The position numbers and the translations under genes were made by a program. The notes below the pieces were generated by a model, which saw only the letters and a list, made by a program, of their open reading frames with translations, did no database searches and was not told the DNA's origin. Of a stretch of DNA of 64,000 bases, positions 1 to 9,657 are shown piece by piece. Each line of letters begins with the position of its first letter. Positions within the stretch are counted from its first letter, which is position 1. The stretch lies in contig NW_005201269.1 of assembly GCF_000372725.1 (NCBI RefSeq), positions 124,001-188,000 of the forward strand, read 5' to 3'. The stretch is from Emiliania huxleyi CCMP1516. Its lineage: Eukaryota.

Positions 1-44
1 GTAGGAATCCCACCTCCGCGCGCTGTGCGCTCGTCGCTACCGTA

Positions 45-618
45 CTGTGCTGTATGAATGGTTGGGCAAGTGTGAACAACACCTCGTGACCACGGCGCCG
101 CAGGCGCCTGTTGATGGGTCCAGGTGATAGCCCCGGATGAGCAATGCATACGCCTAGTTGGGCCTCAGATCGCCCGACCGCGTCCCGGTGCTCTGTGGTC
201 GGATTTGTGACGCCGCCGCACCGCGCCGCGGCCGGGGGCCCTCCGGAGGCCGAGGATGGCCGTGGCGGACCGGGACGAGCTCTGGGAGGTGGAGTGTCAG
301 TGAGTATATTGTAGAGACCAACCATGTGCACAATATCTCTCAGTCTAGCTAAGCCTGGGAAGGCGATGCCGGGGCCGTACAGCAGCTTGATGGTGCTTCG
401 CCGGCGTGCGTCCCGGAGCGGTGCCGGACGGGCGGTCCGTGGGAGGAAAACGAGGGACAGCGCCGACGGCGCTCTGATTCGACTTTTTACTTCAAACAAA
501 GACAGTCGCACGCGCCGCAGCGCGGCGCGTGCGACTGTCAGGAGCGGATCCGTCAGTTAGTCGTGTTCACGCCGGGATCGTGTCCCTCACAACTTGCCCA
601 ACCATTCATACAGCACAG
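45..618. mobile_element. Putative MITE: 27-bp perfect terminal inverted repeats flanked by TA
   Basis: CTGTGCTGTATGAATGGTTGGGCAAGT at 45-71 and its reverse complement at 592-618. TA lies immediately outside both ends (43-44, 619-620). Confidence 0.55.
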
Positions 619-700
619 TATGAAAGGTTGAGGTGCGTAGGGATCCAAGAGTGCATGCTTCTGTGGACACACAATATCGAGAAGAAAATCGGTTGGGAGG

Positions 701-1872
701 CTGTGAACCTCCCCAGGGCCTCCAGGGCTCGCACCTTAACCTCTCATAGACCAGCGCGCAGCGCCACGGCGTATTTCTTCTCAATAACACGGCGTGAATT
801 TCCGTAGGGATCCTTTCGCGCGGCGGCACGCAGTCGCAGAGTCGCAGAGCCCGGCCCCGTCTCGCTCTCGCGCGCGTCGCACGCACGCGCGCGACGTGAC
901 ATGTCCCCTCAAAAGATCCTCCCTCGTACAGCGAACGACGCCGACCCGTCCTCGAAGTCGCACACACAAAAAAAACCCCTCCCCCCATCGGCACCAGTCC
1001 GTTGGCAACCATCGCCAGGTAGAGCACCACCAGCTTCGGTTGGATAGGAATCGCCTTCCCTCCGCTCCCAATCCAAAGGCAAATTGTGCCGCCAGCCGCA
1101 CGACGGATAGAAGCACTGCACAAAGGTGGCAAATGTGGCCAGCCACGACACAAACTGCGGGTAGTTCGACCTCGCCTTCGACGAGATGGCCAGCATGCCC
1201 TGCTTCAACGCCACGTCATTCACCAGCCCCGCGTGCGCGTCCGTCACCGTGAGTCCGTCGGCGCCGTCCTTCTTGTACATCTCGATTGCCGACGCCGCCA
1301 TCTCCAGGCCCTCCACAACCTGCGCGGCAGTGCCCGCGCCGGTCTGGGGCTTCCGCTGCTCGCGCCGCTGCACCATCTGCCAATCTTTGCCCCCGCGTCG
1401 AGAATCGAAGATGCTCGCGTACATGGCGGTGGTGCCCTTCACCGGCGCTCCCGCGACCTCGTTCGCCCTGATGGCCGCCTCGTCGAAGGCTCCCCGCTCC
1501 TTCGCGGCCTGCTGCGCCCGCACCACCTCCATCGCGTTCGCCGTCTGCGAGTTGAGCTTCGCCACCTTCGCCTTCCTCTCCCGCCCCGCCGCCGCCTCCC
1601 GGTCCTCGCGGCGGTCCGCCAGTGGGTCGTCGCCGGCGTCGTCAGCCACGATCATGGCCGTGACGGCCTCGCCCGCCATATGTCGATTCTCGGCCTGTCG
1701 ATCGCGCGTCCCAAAAGTCGCCAAAAGTGGCGGCGAGTCGCAAATCCCGCCCGCCGTCCCGGCGGTCCCGCAGCTCGCGCGCACATCCCCCTCTTAAAAC
1801 CCACCTCTAACATCTCTATAAGGGATCCCTAGTGCGAGCCCTGGAGGCCCTGGGGATGGGGGGACTTCACAG
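701..1872. mobile_element. Inverted-repeat-bounded element, possibly a deleted DNA transposon
   Basis: Perfect 25-bp IR at 710-734 / 1832-1856, plus outer CTGTGAA (701) / TTCACAG (1866-1872). No clear TSD. Confidence 0.45.
909..1680 (-). CDS. Hypothetical protein inside the IR-bounded element
   Basis: ORF MAGEAVTAMIV... with coding-like GC3 bias. No recognisable domain. Confidence 0.4.
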
Positions 1873-2045
1873 ATAGGTTGATAAAAAACAAGAAGTCCAA
1901 ATCGTGAGAGGCGGACCTAAGGAAGGTCCTACATCTCTTCACATCCTCTCTGCGGAAAGAGAACGCTATGTTGTTTTCTTTGTTTTTTCACATCGGCTCC
2001 CAGAACACTTCGTCATCAGCTCATCGACGCCTTGTGCGCGCGCGC

Positions 2046-4131
2046 TCACTCGACACCCTTCCCATCGGTTTGATGGGTGAGCTGGGTTCTGCCAATGGAG
2101 AGAAGCTGCTCCACCTGCGCTGCGGAGTGCACCTCAGCCAGCGCCGCGAAGACACGCTCCTGCATCACGCGGGTCTCGCAGAGGCAGGTGGTCCCGTGCA
2201 CCATGCAGCCCTTCCCGCAACCGACGCTTGTTGTCGGGAACGGGAGAGTCGAAGAGCTGCCATCCCAGCGCACGCGGAATGTGTGGGCCGAATCGAGCCG
2301 CTTGAACGGCGAGCCTGACTCGACATGGACGATGTTGACTTCGCCGTCTTGTCGGACCTGAACCTGCACGGTGCAACTTGCCGCCGTCCAGCTGTGCCAA
2401 TGCGTAGAGTCGCACTGGTCATACGCGAGCGCGCGGCCGTGCACGATTGAGCGCCGAGCAGCTGGAGGCTCGTGCGGAAGCGGCGGCCCGCCAACTGAGC
2501 ACAAGCCACCCAAGCTGTAGTCGGCGCAGCGCTTGACCGCCGTGGCAAATGGCACCATCTCGGCGAGGTATTCGCACTGCTCCGTCGAAGTCTCCCCGTC
2601 ACAGCAGTTGACCGCGGCGGAAGCTGTGGCAGGGTCAGCACAGACCGTCGTCGCGCTCGCAGGCGACACGTGCGCCGAGGCGAGGTACACTTGCTTGGCG
2701 TCGTTGTAGAAGGTGAGTGAGACGCATGGTGGCCGCACAAACTCGAAGATGGCAGCACTCCGTCCGGACTCGACGTTTACATAGCGTACGTCGTCGACGG
2801 CGCACTCTCGGCCGCTGCATGGCAAATCGGCATCCAGCATCACGTTGCTCGAGAAGCGGCAGTCACCCATCGACGTCTTTGATCCGCAAAGCAGTGCACC
2901 GAGCGCGGATGTGCTGCCATTTATCTTAAATCCCTCAGCCCACAAAGTTGTGGACCTGGCCCGAGCACGCGGTGGCGGCGGCGGTGGCGGCGGCGCTGCG
3001 CACGACATTATGACCACCGGCCGGTCGGCCTCCCTCATCACGTCGCAGGTCTCCGTGAGGCGGCACCAGTTGTTCTTCCAGAAGGAGTAGAAGCGGCACC
3101 GCGGCTCATTCTCGCACCTGGCTCTGCACCCGGCCTCGCCCGACGAGGAGAAATATTCCTGGACTGCATCGCTTGCGCAAAAGGATCGGCCGTTCCTCTG
3201 AACAGTTTCCGTGCATATCCCCCTTGCTAATGGCGGCTGGACAGCAGGTCTCAAGTACCGCCATCGCGCGCCTCGCAACAGGAAGCTGCGCGGCGGCAGA
3301 TCGATGCAGAGAGGGAGCTGGTCGCCGATGTGTCCCCTGTGGAGGTCCATCTTTGGCAGCTCGTCCCGGAACGTTGCATTGATGCGCATCGGGTCGACCG
3401 AGTTCAGCGGCTCCCCTACAAGCGTGCTCGTGCGCAGCGGGGTGAGAAGATTAACATGAGCGACGGGGGCCGCTGGGCGGGGCCCCACCGTCTTGATCGC
3501 TCTCGATGTTGGAGCGCGGCTCTGCCCGCGTGAAGCCAGTCCACGCGCGCGCAAAGCTGGCTATCTCTGGCAGCTCGTACGTGGACATGAGCGCGCCTCG
3601 CGGAGAGCGCTCTGCCGTGCCGTCGGGGTTGAGCTGATACAGCCCAATTGTGAAGAGCTGCATGATTTCGCGCGCGAAGTTCTCGTCCGGCTTGTTAAAG
3701 ACGAGCGAACGCGAGCCGAGCAGCGTGAGGAACTCACCCATCACCGGCGAGTATGACACCTCGCGAAGCAGGTCGCGCAGGTTGCCGAACGCGTGGCGTA
3801 CAAAGATGTCGTGGTAGGTGAGCCACATCTCCTGCGCCATCGCGCGGTTATCGAGCATCAACTCGCTCGTCACGTACACCTGCGAAAGAGCCCACGCTGC
3901 GCGGTGGCGCAGCTGATCTGCAGCGTCGAGCGCCACGCTGTGGTAGATGGAGCGCTTCGCCTCCGAGGGCCCGACCGGTTGGTCGAGCTCTAAGTGCGTG
4001 GCGACCAAACTGTACTCCTCTTCCCAACGCGCGCGCCGTAATGCGAGCAAGCCGACGTTTCCGCCCGCACTGCATGGCGGGAAAATTCTCTTTTCGCCGA
4101 GGGACCTGCTCCTTGTTAAACTACACAGCAA
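2046..4131 (-). CDS. DUF1800-family protein (spliced, probably partial at the 5' end)
   Basis: Motifs DQLRHRAAWALSQ, FGNLRDLLREVSYSPVMGEFL and PDENFAREIMQLFTIGL. The two ORFs are joined by a GT-AG intron at about 3417-3488. A Cys-rich PAN/apple-like segment follows. Confidence 0.8.
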
Positions 4132-4152
4132 AACTACGATGCATGGTGACGG

Positions 4153-4245
4153 GGCTAGTTACAAGCCCTCGAGCTCGTAGATCCGACCTCGTGGGACCTA
4201 CGAGCTCGAAGCTGGTATTGCAATAAACTAGCCTCGTAACTAGCC
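4153..4245. repeat. Small nested palindromic element (MITE-like)
   Basis: Outer IR GGCTAGTTAC (4153-4162) / GTAACTAGCC (4236-4245). Inner IR TCGAGCTCGTAG (4169-4180) / CTACGAGCTCGA (4198-4209). Confidence 0.55.
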
Positions 4246-4526
4246 TGGATACGACTCGGCGCAGCGACATGGGGTTTTGAGAAACGCGATAGCCTCTTCG
4301 AACGCATTCAATCTACCCAGAGTGGGGGACCTGCACTTGCCGAAATTCACACAAGACGGTGAACACACCCACAGGACGCCGAGTACAAGACAATAGGAAG
4401 GAAGTGTCCCGGGCAGTCAGGGACGGGTGAGTTCAAGAACATACTAAGAGCACCTAAAGGAGCAAGGCATAGCTGTGAAGCGGTGCCGCAGAGAATTCTC
4501 TTTTTTGTTGCTTGGGTCACGACGAC

Positions 4527-6232
4527 ATGGTCACGCCCAAGCCCAGCGCCACTCTCAGCAAGCCCAAGAAGGCTGCCAAATCGGTCAAGTCCAAGGCGCC
4601 AGCCGCCCCGGTGGCCAAGGAGGCCAAGCGCCAGCGGGCTGCCCCGCTGTCGGCAGACGCTCCCGTCAAGAAGAAGAAAAAGGGCGTGAGCAAGAAGGGC
4701 GAGGTCGCCGTCGCCGACGCGGCGGCTGCGCCCAGAAAGCGCAAGGCCACCGCCTCTGCAGCCGCCGCTCCTGCCGCCATCCCCGCCGCCAAGCGGGTCA
4801 AGAAGGCCAAGGGAGCGGCGGCGGCGGCGGCGACGGCGGCAGCGCCGGCTGCAGCGGCTGCGTCTGCGGGCGCGAGCTCGAGCGGCGGCGGCGGGAGGCC
4901 AAAGCTGGAGCAGCAGCAGGTGATCCGTGCGATCGAGGCGCTCTGCACCCACGTCGCGCGGGTCGGCGCCGCCGGCGACGACGGCGAGGGCGGCGGCTCT
5001 CTGTTGAGTGGCGACACGCCAATCAACCTGGTGAGGAAGGGACACTTCCGAGAGCCTTCCCTGCTCCCCCCTCGGCCGCCGTCCCACCTCGCGCACACTC
5101 GCGCATGCCTCATCTACGCACGGGCGCAGCCCCTCGCACGTGGCGTTAAACCGCATGCCACAGCAGCCGCCGCTCTTCAGCAGACCGCGCCGCGGCTCCG
5201 CCCTCCCCGCGGCGCGGTTTGAGAAGGCCGCTCACCAGCACCGCTCACCAGCACCGCTCACCAACACCGCTCACCGGCACCGCTCACCGGCACCGCTCAC
5301 CGGCACCGCTCACCAACACCGCTCACCAGCACCGCTCACCAACACCGCTCACCGGCACCGCTCACCAACACCGCTCACCGGCACCGCTCACCAGCACCGC
5401 TCACCAGCACCGCTCACCGGCACCGCTCACCGGCACCGCTCACCGGCACCGCTCACCGGCACCGCTCCCACCTTGAGCCGCGCTCCGCCCCGCCCTCTCC
5501 CCAGGTGGTTGCGACCAAGCGGATGCCCAAGGCGTGCCGTGGCGCCAAGGGCGTGAAGCCCAAGCTGCTGCCTCTGCCGCATGCGTGGCGCGCTCGCCCT
5601 CCTCTCCTTTGGCCTCTGTCCCCCCCCCCCCCCCCCTCANNNNNNNNNNNNNNNNNNNNNNNNNNNNNNNNNNNNNNNNNNNNNNNNNNNNNNNNNNNNN
5701 NNNNNNNNNNNNNNNNNNNNNNNNNNNNNNNNNNNNNNNTTCCCACACCCTTCCCCCACACCCTTCTCGGTCCTTACCCTCCCTGCCAGGCGCTCGCTCG
5801 ACGAGACCGAGGTCTGCCTCCTCGTCAAGGACCCGCAGCAGGAACCTTCTACGAACCTTCTAGGAACCTTCTAGGTCTGCCTCATCGTCAAGGACCCGCA
5901 GCGCGCCGTCAAGGTGCGCGCGCGCTGCCGTCATGGACGCGACCTCGGCGCCTCCTCGGGGCCTCCTCGGAACCTTCTCGGAACCTTCTCGGAACCTTCC
6001 CCTGCAGGACGCGTGCGCGGCCGAGGGCGTGACAGCAAAGGTGATCGGCATCGACAAGCTGCGGAAGAAGTGCTTCCTCCGCGCGAGGGCAAGGTGGCCG
6101 CTGCCCCGGACACGTCATGCACATGTCCCCTGCGCGCGTCCCGCACAGGTATGTTCCGTACGAGGCGAAGCGGCAACTGCGCGCGGGGTGCAGCGCTCCC
6201 GCTCTCTCTCTCTCTCTCTCTCCCTCTCTCCT

Positions 6233-6292
<60 letters not shown>

Positions 6293-7031
6293 TCCCTCCC
6301 CTCTCTCCTCTCTCTCCTCTCTCCTCTCTCCTCTCTCCTCTCTCCTCTCTCTCCTCTCTGCCTGCTCTCTCTCCTCCTCCCCCACCCCTTCTCTCTTGAC
6401 TCCTCCTCCTCAGGGCGCGGGGCCATGACGCCGTCCGACACGCGCCCCCATGCAGGTACGACTTCTTCTATCTCCCCATATCTCCCCATATCTCCCCCCG
6501 CAGGTACGACTTCTTCGCCGCCGACGAAGCCGTCACCCCCCTCCTCCCCAAGCTCCTCGGCAACGGCTTCTACAAGTCGAACAAGCTGCCGCTGCCGATG
6601 CGACTCGGCCGCAAGGAGGGGCTACGCGACGCGCTGCAGCGGGCGGTCGGCGGCGCAATCGTGCGACCAACCTTTGGCACCTGCTCCACCGTCACCGTCG
6701 CCGCGACGTCGATGTCGCCCGCCGCCGCGGCCGAGAATGTGCTCGCCGCCGTCGATGCGGTGCCCAGCCGCCTCGCTTCCTCCCCGCCGTCTCTCTCCCC
6801 CTCCCTCCTCTCCGCCGCCTCGCTTCCCGCCCGCCACGTAGTCCTCCCTGCGGCCGCGGTGTCGCCGCGACCGTCGCGACCGCTCTCCGAGCCCTCCCTC
6901 CCCCCTCCCCCCTTCCTCCGCCGCAGGTTGCCGCGCTGCTGCCGGGCAAGTGGGGCAACGTCCAGGCGCTGCACTTGCGCTGCCCCAACTCGGTGGCCCT
7001 CCCGATCTACAACTCGCTCCCCATGCAGTGA
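4527..7031 (+). CDS. Ribosomal L1 domain-containing protein (RSL1D1/Cic1/Utp30-like), multi-exon
   Basis: Lys/Ala-rich N-terminus. Exons read LPLPHAW..EVCLIVKDPQ..KVIGIDKLRKKY.PYEAKRQL..YDFFAADE..LLPKLLG..FYK..KLPLP..WGNVQALHL..SVALPIYNSLP. Confidence 0.85.
5228..5468 (+). repeat. 13-bp intronic minisatellite (CACCGCTCACCRR)n
   Basis: Tandem array visible directly in intron 1 of the RSL1D1-like gene. Confidence 0.95.
5640..5739. other. Assembly gap (100 N)
   Basis: Run of N. Confidence 1.
6202..6395 (+). repeat. (CT)n / CT-rich microsatellite, intronic
   Basis: Directly visible. Confidence 0.95.
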
Positions 7032-7480
7032 AGAGAGCGCCCCTGGAGGAGAAGGGAGGTGGGGCAAGGGCGGAGGCGGGTGCGGCCGCCGGCGGGACGT
7101 GTCTCGATTCGGGGCGTTGGGCGGCGCAGACGCGAGGCGCGGCAAACTCTGGGGGCAAAGAGAGGCGAGAGAGCGCGCTATGACGTATGAGAGCCCTTGG
7201 GCTTGCAGATGCTTGCGAGTAGTGTGTGGTGAAGGCGAGAGAGAGACAGAGAGAGAGAGGAGCGAGAGCGCGCTATTTTTTTGAGCTCACACCGAGATGG
7301 GATCTGCCATCCAGCGGCTTCTCTTCCCATTTCCTGTAGTGTGGCCACGCCACGCACCAGGTTGCGGCCGCCCAGGCGAATGCGAGCGTCGCCGAATCAA
7401 CCAGCTCGGGCGCATGAAAGTCCAGGCGCGGAGACGCCGGCCGCTGTGCTATGTGTAGTGATCGGATTAGAGCGCCTCAG

Positions 7481-8050
7481 CTAGGTCTTGCCGTCTTGGT
7501 CCGGCAGCAGGCCGGCGCGGCGCGCGAGGGCGGCCAGCGGCCCCCCGGCCGGGTCCGAGGAGCCGGGCGGCCTCAGCCTGGCCGGCAGCAGCAGCTTCAG
7601 CGCGATGGCATTGTCCAGCGTGAGGAGAGGCACCGCGGCATTTGCGAGCGGGCTGAGAGGTTCATACGACATAGCGAACCGCAGCAGTGAGCCTCCGGCG
7701 CCGTCCTTCTCCGCCACAAAGTCCATCTGGCAGTTCTCTGCGACGCCCGCGAGGCCAGAGGGAGAGTCAAACACCGCGGTGGACTCGCCGATGGACGTGC
7801 AGGTCCAAGACACCTCGAGCGGCAGCAGCGGCGGCAAGCCGAATATTTCGTCGACCGCCTCTCCGGGCGCAAGCGGCCGGTCGATGTCAGTGCCGCGTAC
7901 CGCCCACGAGGAGAGCACGATAATCGGCCAGTTTGATGGAGTCGAGAGGAAGCGAATGGCACGCTCCGGGGAGACGGCCGGCAGTGACGTGGTAGTGACT
8001 AGCCTCACAGCGGCGGCCGGACTGAGTAAGCTAAGGATGAGCTTGAGCAT
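7481..8050 (-). CDS. SRPBCC/polyketide-cyclase-like protein with N-terminal signal-like peptide
   Basis: MLKLILSLL start, and a SPERAIRFLSTPSNWP...PLAPGEAVDEIF...VSWTC pattern typical of START/SRPBCC folds. Confidence 0.55.
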   Translation of the reverse strand: MLKLILSLLSPAAAVRLVTTTSLPAVSPERAIRFLSTPSNWPIIVLSSWAVRGTDIDRPLAPGEAVDEIFGLPPLLPLEVSWTCTSIGESTAVFDSPSGLAGVAENCQMDFVAEKDGAGGSLLRFAMSYEPLSPLANAAVPLLTLDNAIALKLLLPARLRPPGSSDPAGGPLAALARRAGLLPDQDGKT

Positions 8051-8614
8051 CACCCGCGGCTGCCCTGGCGAGGTACTCCCACGCCTCTCCGGGTTTTTGT
8101 CTGGCCGAGTCAACCCGAGAGCCTCGGCGAGACTGCGTCAGCTGTTCCCACAGCAGGCTGGAAGTACCCCGCTAGCGGCTGCCGAATTTTTTTCTCGGCT
8201 CTTTTTAAGGTGCCTCGGGCCAGTTGGGGGGGGCAAACCCAGCCCGCCCCCTAGAACCCCGGGTAAGGCCCAGGTGTGGCCTAGGGCATCAGAAGGGACC
8301 AAGAGGAGTCCAGTCTGAGCCATAGAGCCCATGTCTTTGCCCCCGAAGGTCGCGTTCAAATGCCCGGAACGGACGTTACAGTGGTGTCCGGCCGGCGCGA
8401 TCACCGAGCTGTGACGCTCAGGGAAGCCTGATGAGGCGCTGGTTTCTTTGCCCAGGGCTGGCCTTTCCCCCAGGCTGGATCAGCTGAGCAAGGTTTGGGG
8501 AGAATCCGCCATTCAGATCTTCAGATATTTTGACGGATGACCGAAAATGGGGAAAAACATTCATTGGCCATCGCGGCGTCGTTTTTCTTGCTTTCGTAAA
8601 ACTCTTGCCGGAGG

Positions 8615-9361
8615 ATGGTCGCTGCTGTCCTGGCATTGCTGGCGTGCCCTGGTCTGATCGTCACATCGCCCAGGGCTTTTTCGCCTAACCCCGCTCTCAC
8701 TGCGCGCGCGCCTGCGCCGCTGCTATCCACGGCCGCCGGTGAGCAGGAGGCGCGTATCCGCGCTGACCTCGAGGGGAGCAAGAAGAGCGCAGCGACCGCC
8801 TCGTTTGAGGACGCGCAGGTCCTCGGGAGGCGGTTGGCTACCATCCTCGCCGATTCGTGCGCCGCGGGCGAGGAGATGCCGGCCGAGGCGGTCGAGGTGC
8901 TGCGAGCGCTCATCTCCACCACGTCGGGCGCTAGAGGGTGGTTCGTGACGCTGCTCACCGACCCCGCGTACGACGCCGTCTTCTGCCCGCCCCTCGACCC
9001 GCAGCTCCTCTCTGCCATCGAGGCGTCGCCCGACCCGAATCTGAAGCTGCTGACGATGAATGTGGCGATGTCGACCGCGACCGAGCAGGTCCACATCGAC
9101 AACGGGAGCGACGAGCTGGCGGCGGCGTCTCGCCTCACTCGCGACCGCAGCAGGGCGCTGCTGGAGGCGCTGCTCCCTCGCATGGGCGGCCTCGACGCCG
9201 AGGTGAGGCGGCTGCGCACGGCGTGCGAGCCGTGGGCAGCGGACGACCAGCCAGCCGCGGGCGCCGACGAGGAGTGGGTCAAGTTCACCAAAAAGTGGCG
9301 GTACGGAGCTGAGCAGCGCCGCGCGATCAAGGCCGAGCTCGATGCCCTCCTCGAGGCTTAG
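8615..9361 (+). CDS. Conserved hypothetical protein, probably plastid-targeted (resembles cyanobacterial hypotheticals)
   Basis: Signal-plus-transit-like N-terminus, GARGWFVTLLTDP and NVAMSTA motifs, single clean ORF. Confidence 0.65.
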   Translation: MVAAVLALLACPGLIVTSPRAFSPNPALTARAPAPLLSTAAGEQEARIRADLEGSKKSAATASFEDAQVLGRRLATILADSCAAGEEMPAEAVEVLRALISTTSGARGWFVTLLTDPAYDAVFCPPLDPQLLSAIEASPDPNLKLLTMNVAMSTATEQVHIDNGSDELAAASRLTRDRSRALLEALLPRMGGLDAEVRRLRTACEPWAADDQPAAGADEEWVKFTKKWRYGAEQRRAIKAELDALLEA

Positions 9362-9657
9362 CGGCTCCCGCCCCTCGAGCGTGCGCGCGAGCAGGCCGAG
9401 GTCGAGGCTGAGGATCTGTAGTTCTAGTTTTGACACAACTCACGTGTTCAACACGAGTCCGCACCGACTTGTCTCTCTTGTGTACCTCGAGGTATGTGTT
9501 TTTTGTGTACCTGACCTACCTGTACGCACCGTGAACTAGACTTGTGTATGCCGACATGATGATGATGAGAGACACATGACAGACATATCATAGGATTACC
9601 TCTCTCCATAGCTCCCTACGTATAAACGAGACACGGCAACTTCTTACACGGCACACG

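Noticed and set aside
5228..5468. CRISPR-like array
   Set aside because: Pure tandem minisatellite without unique spacers, inside a eukaryotic intron.
8428..8460. Hammerhead ribozyme core (CTGATGA)
   Set aside because: No stem II followed by GAAA.
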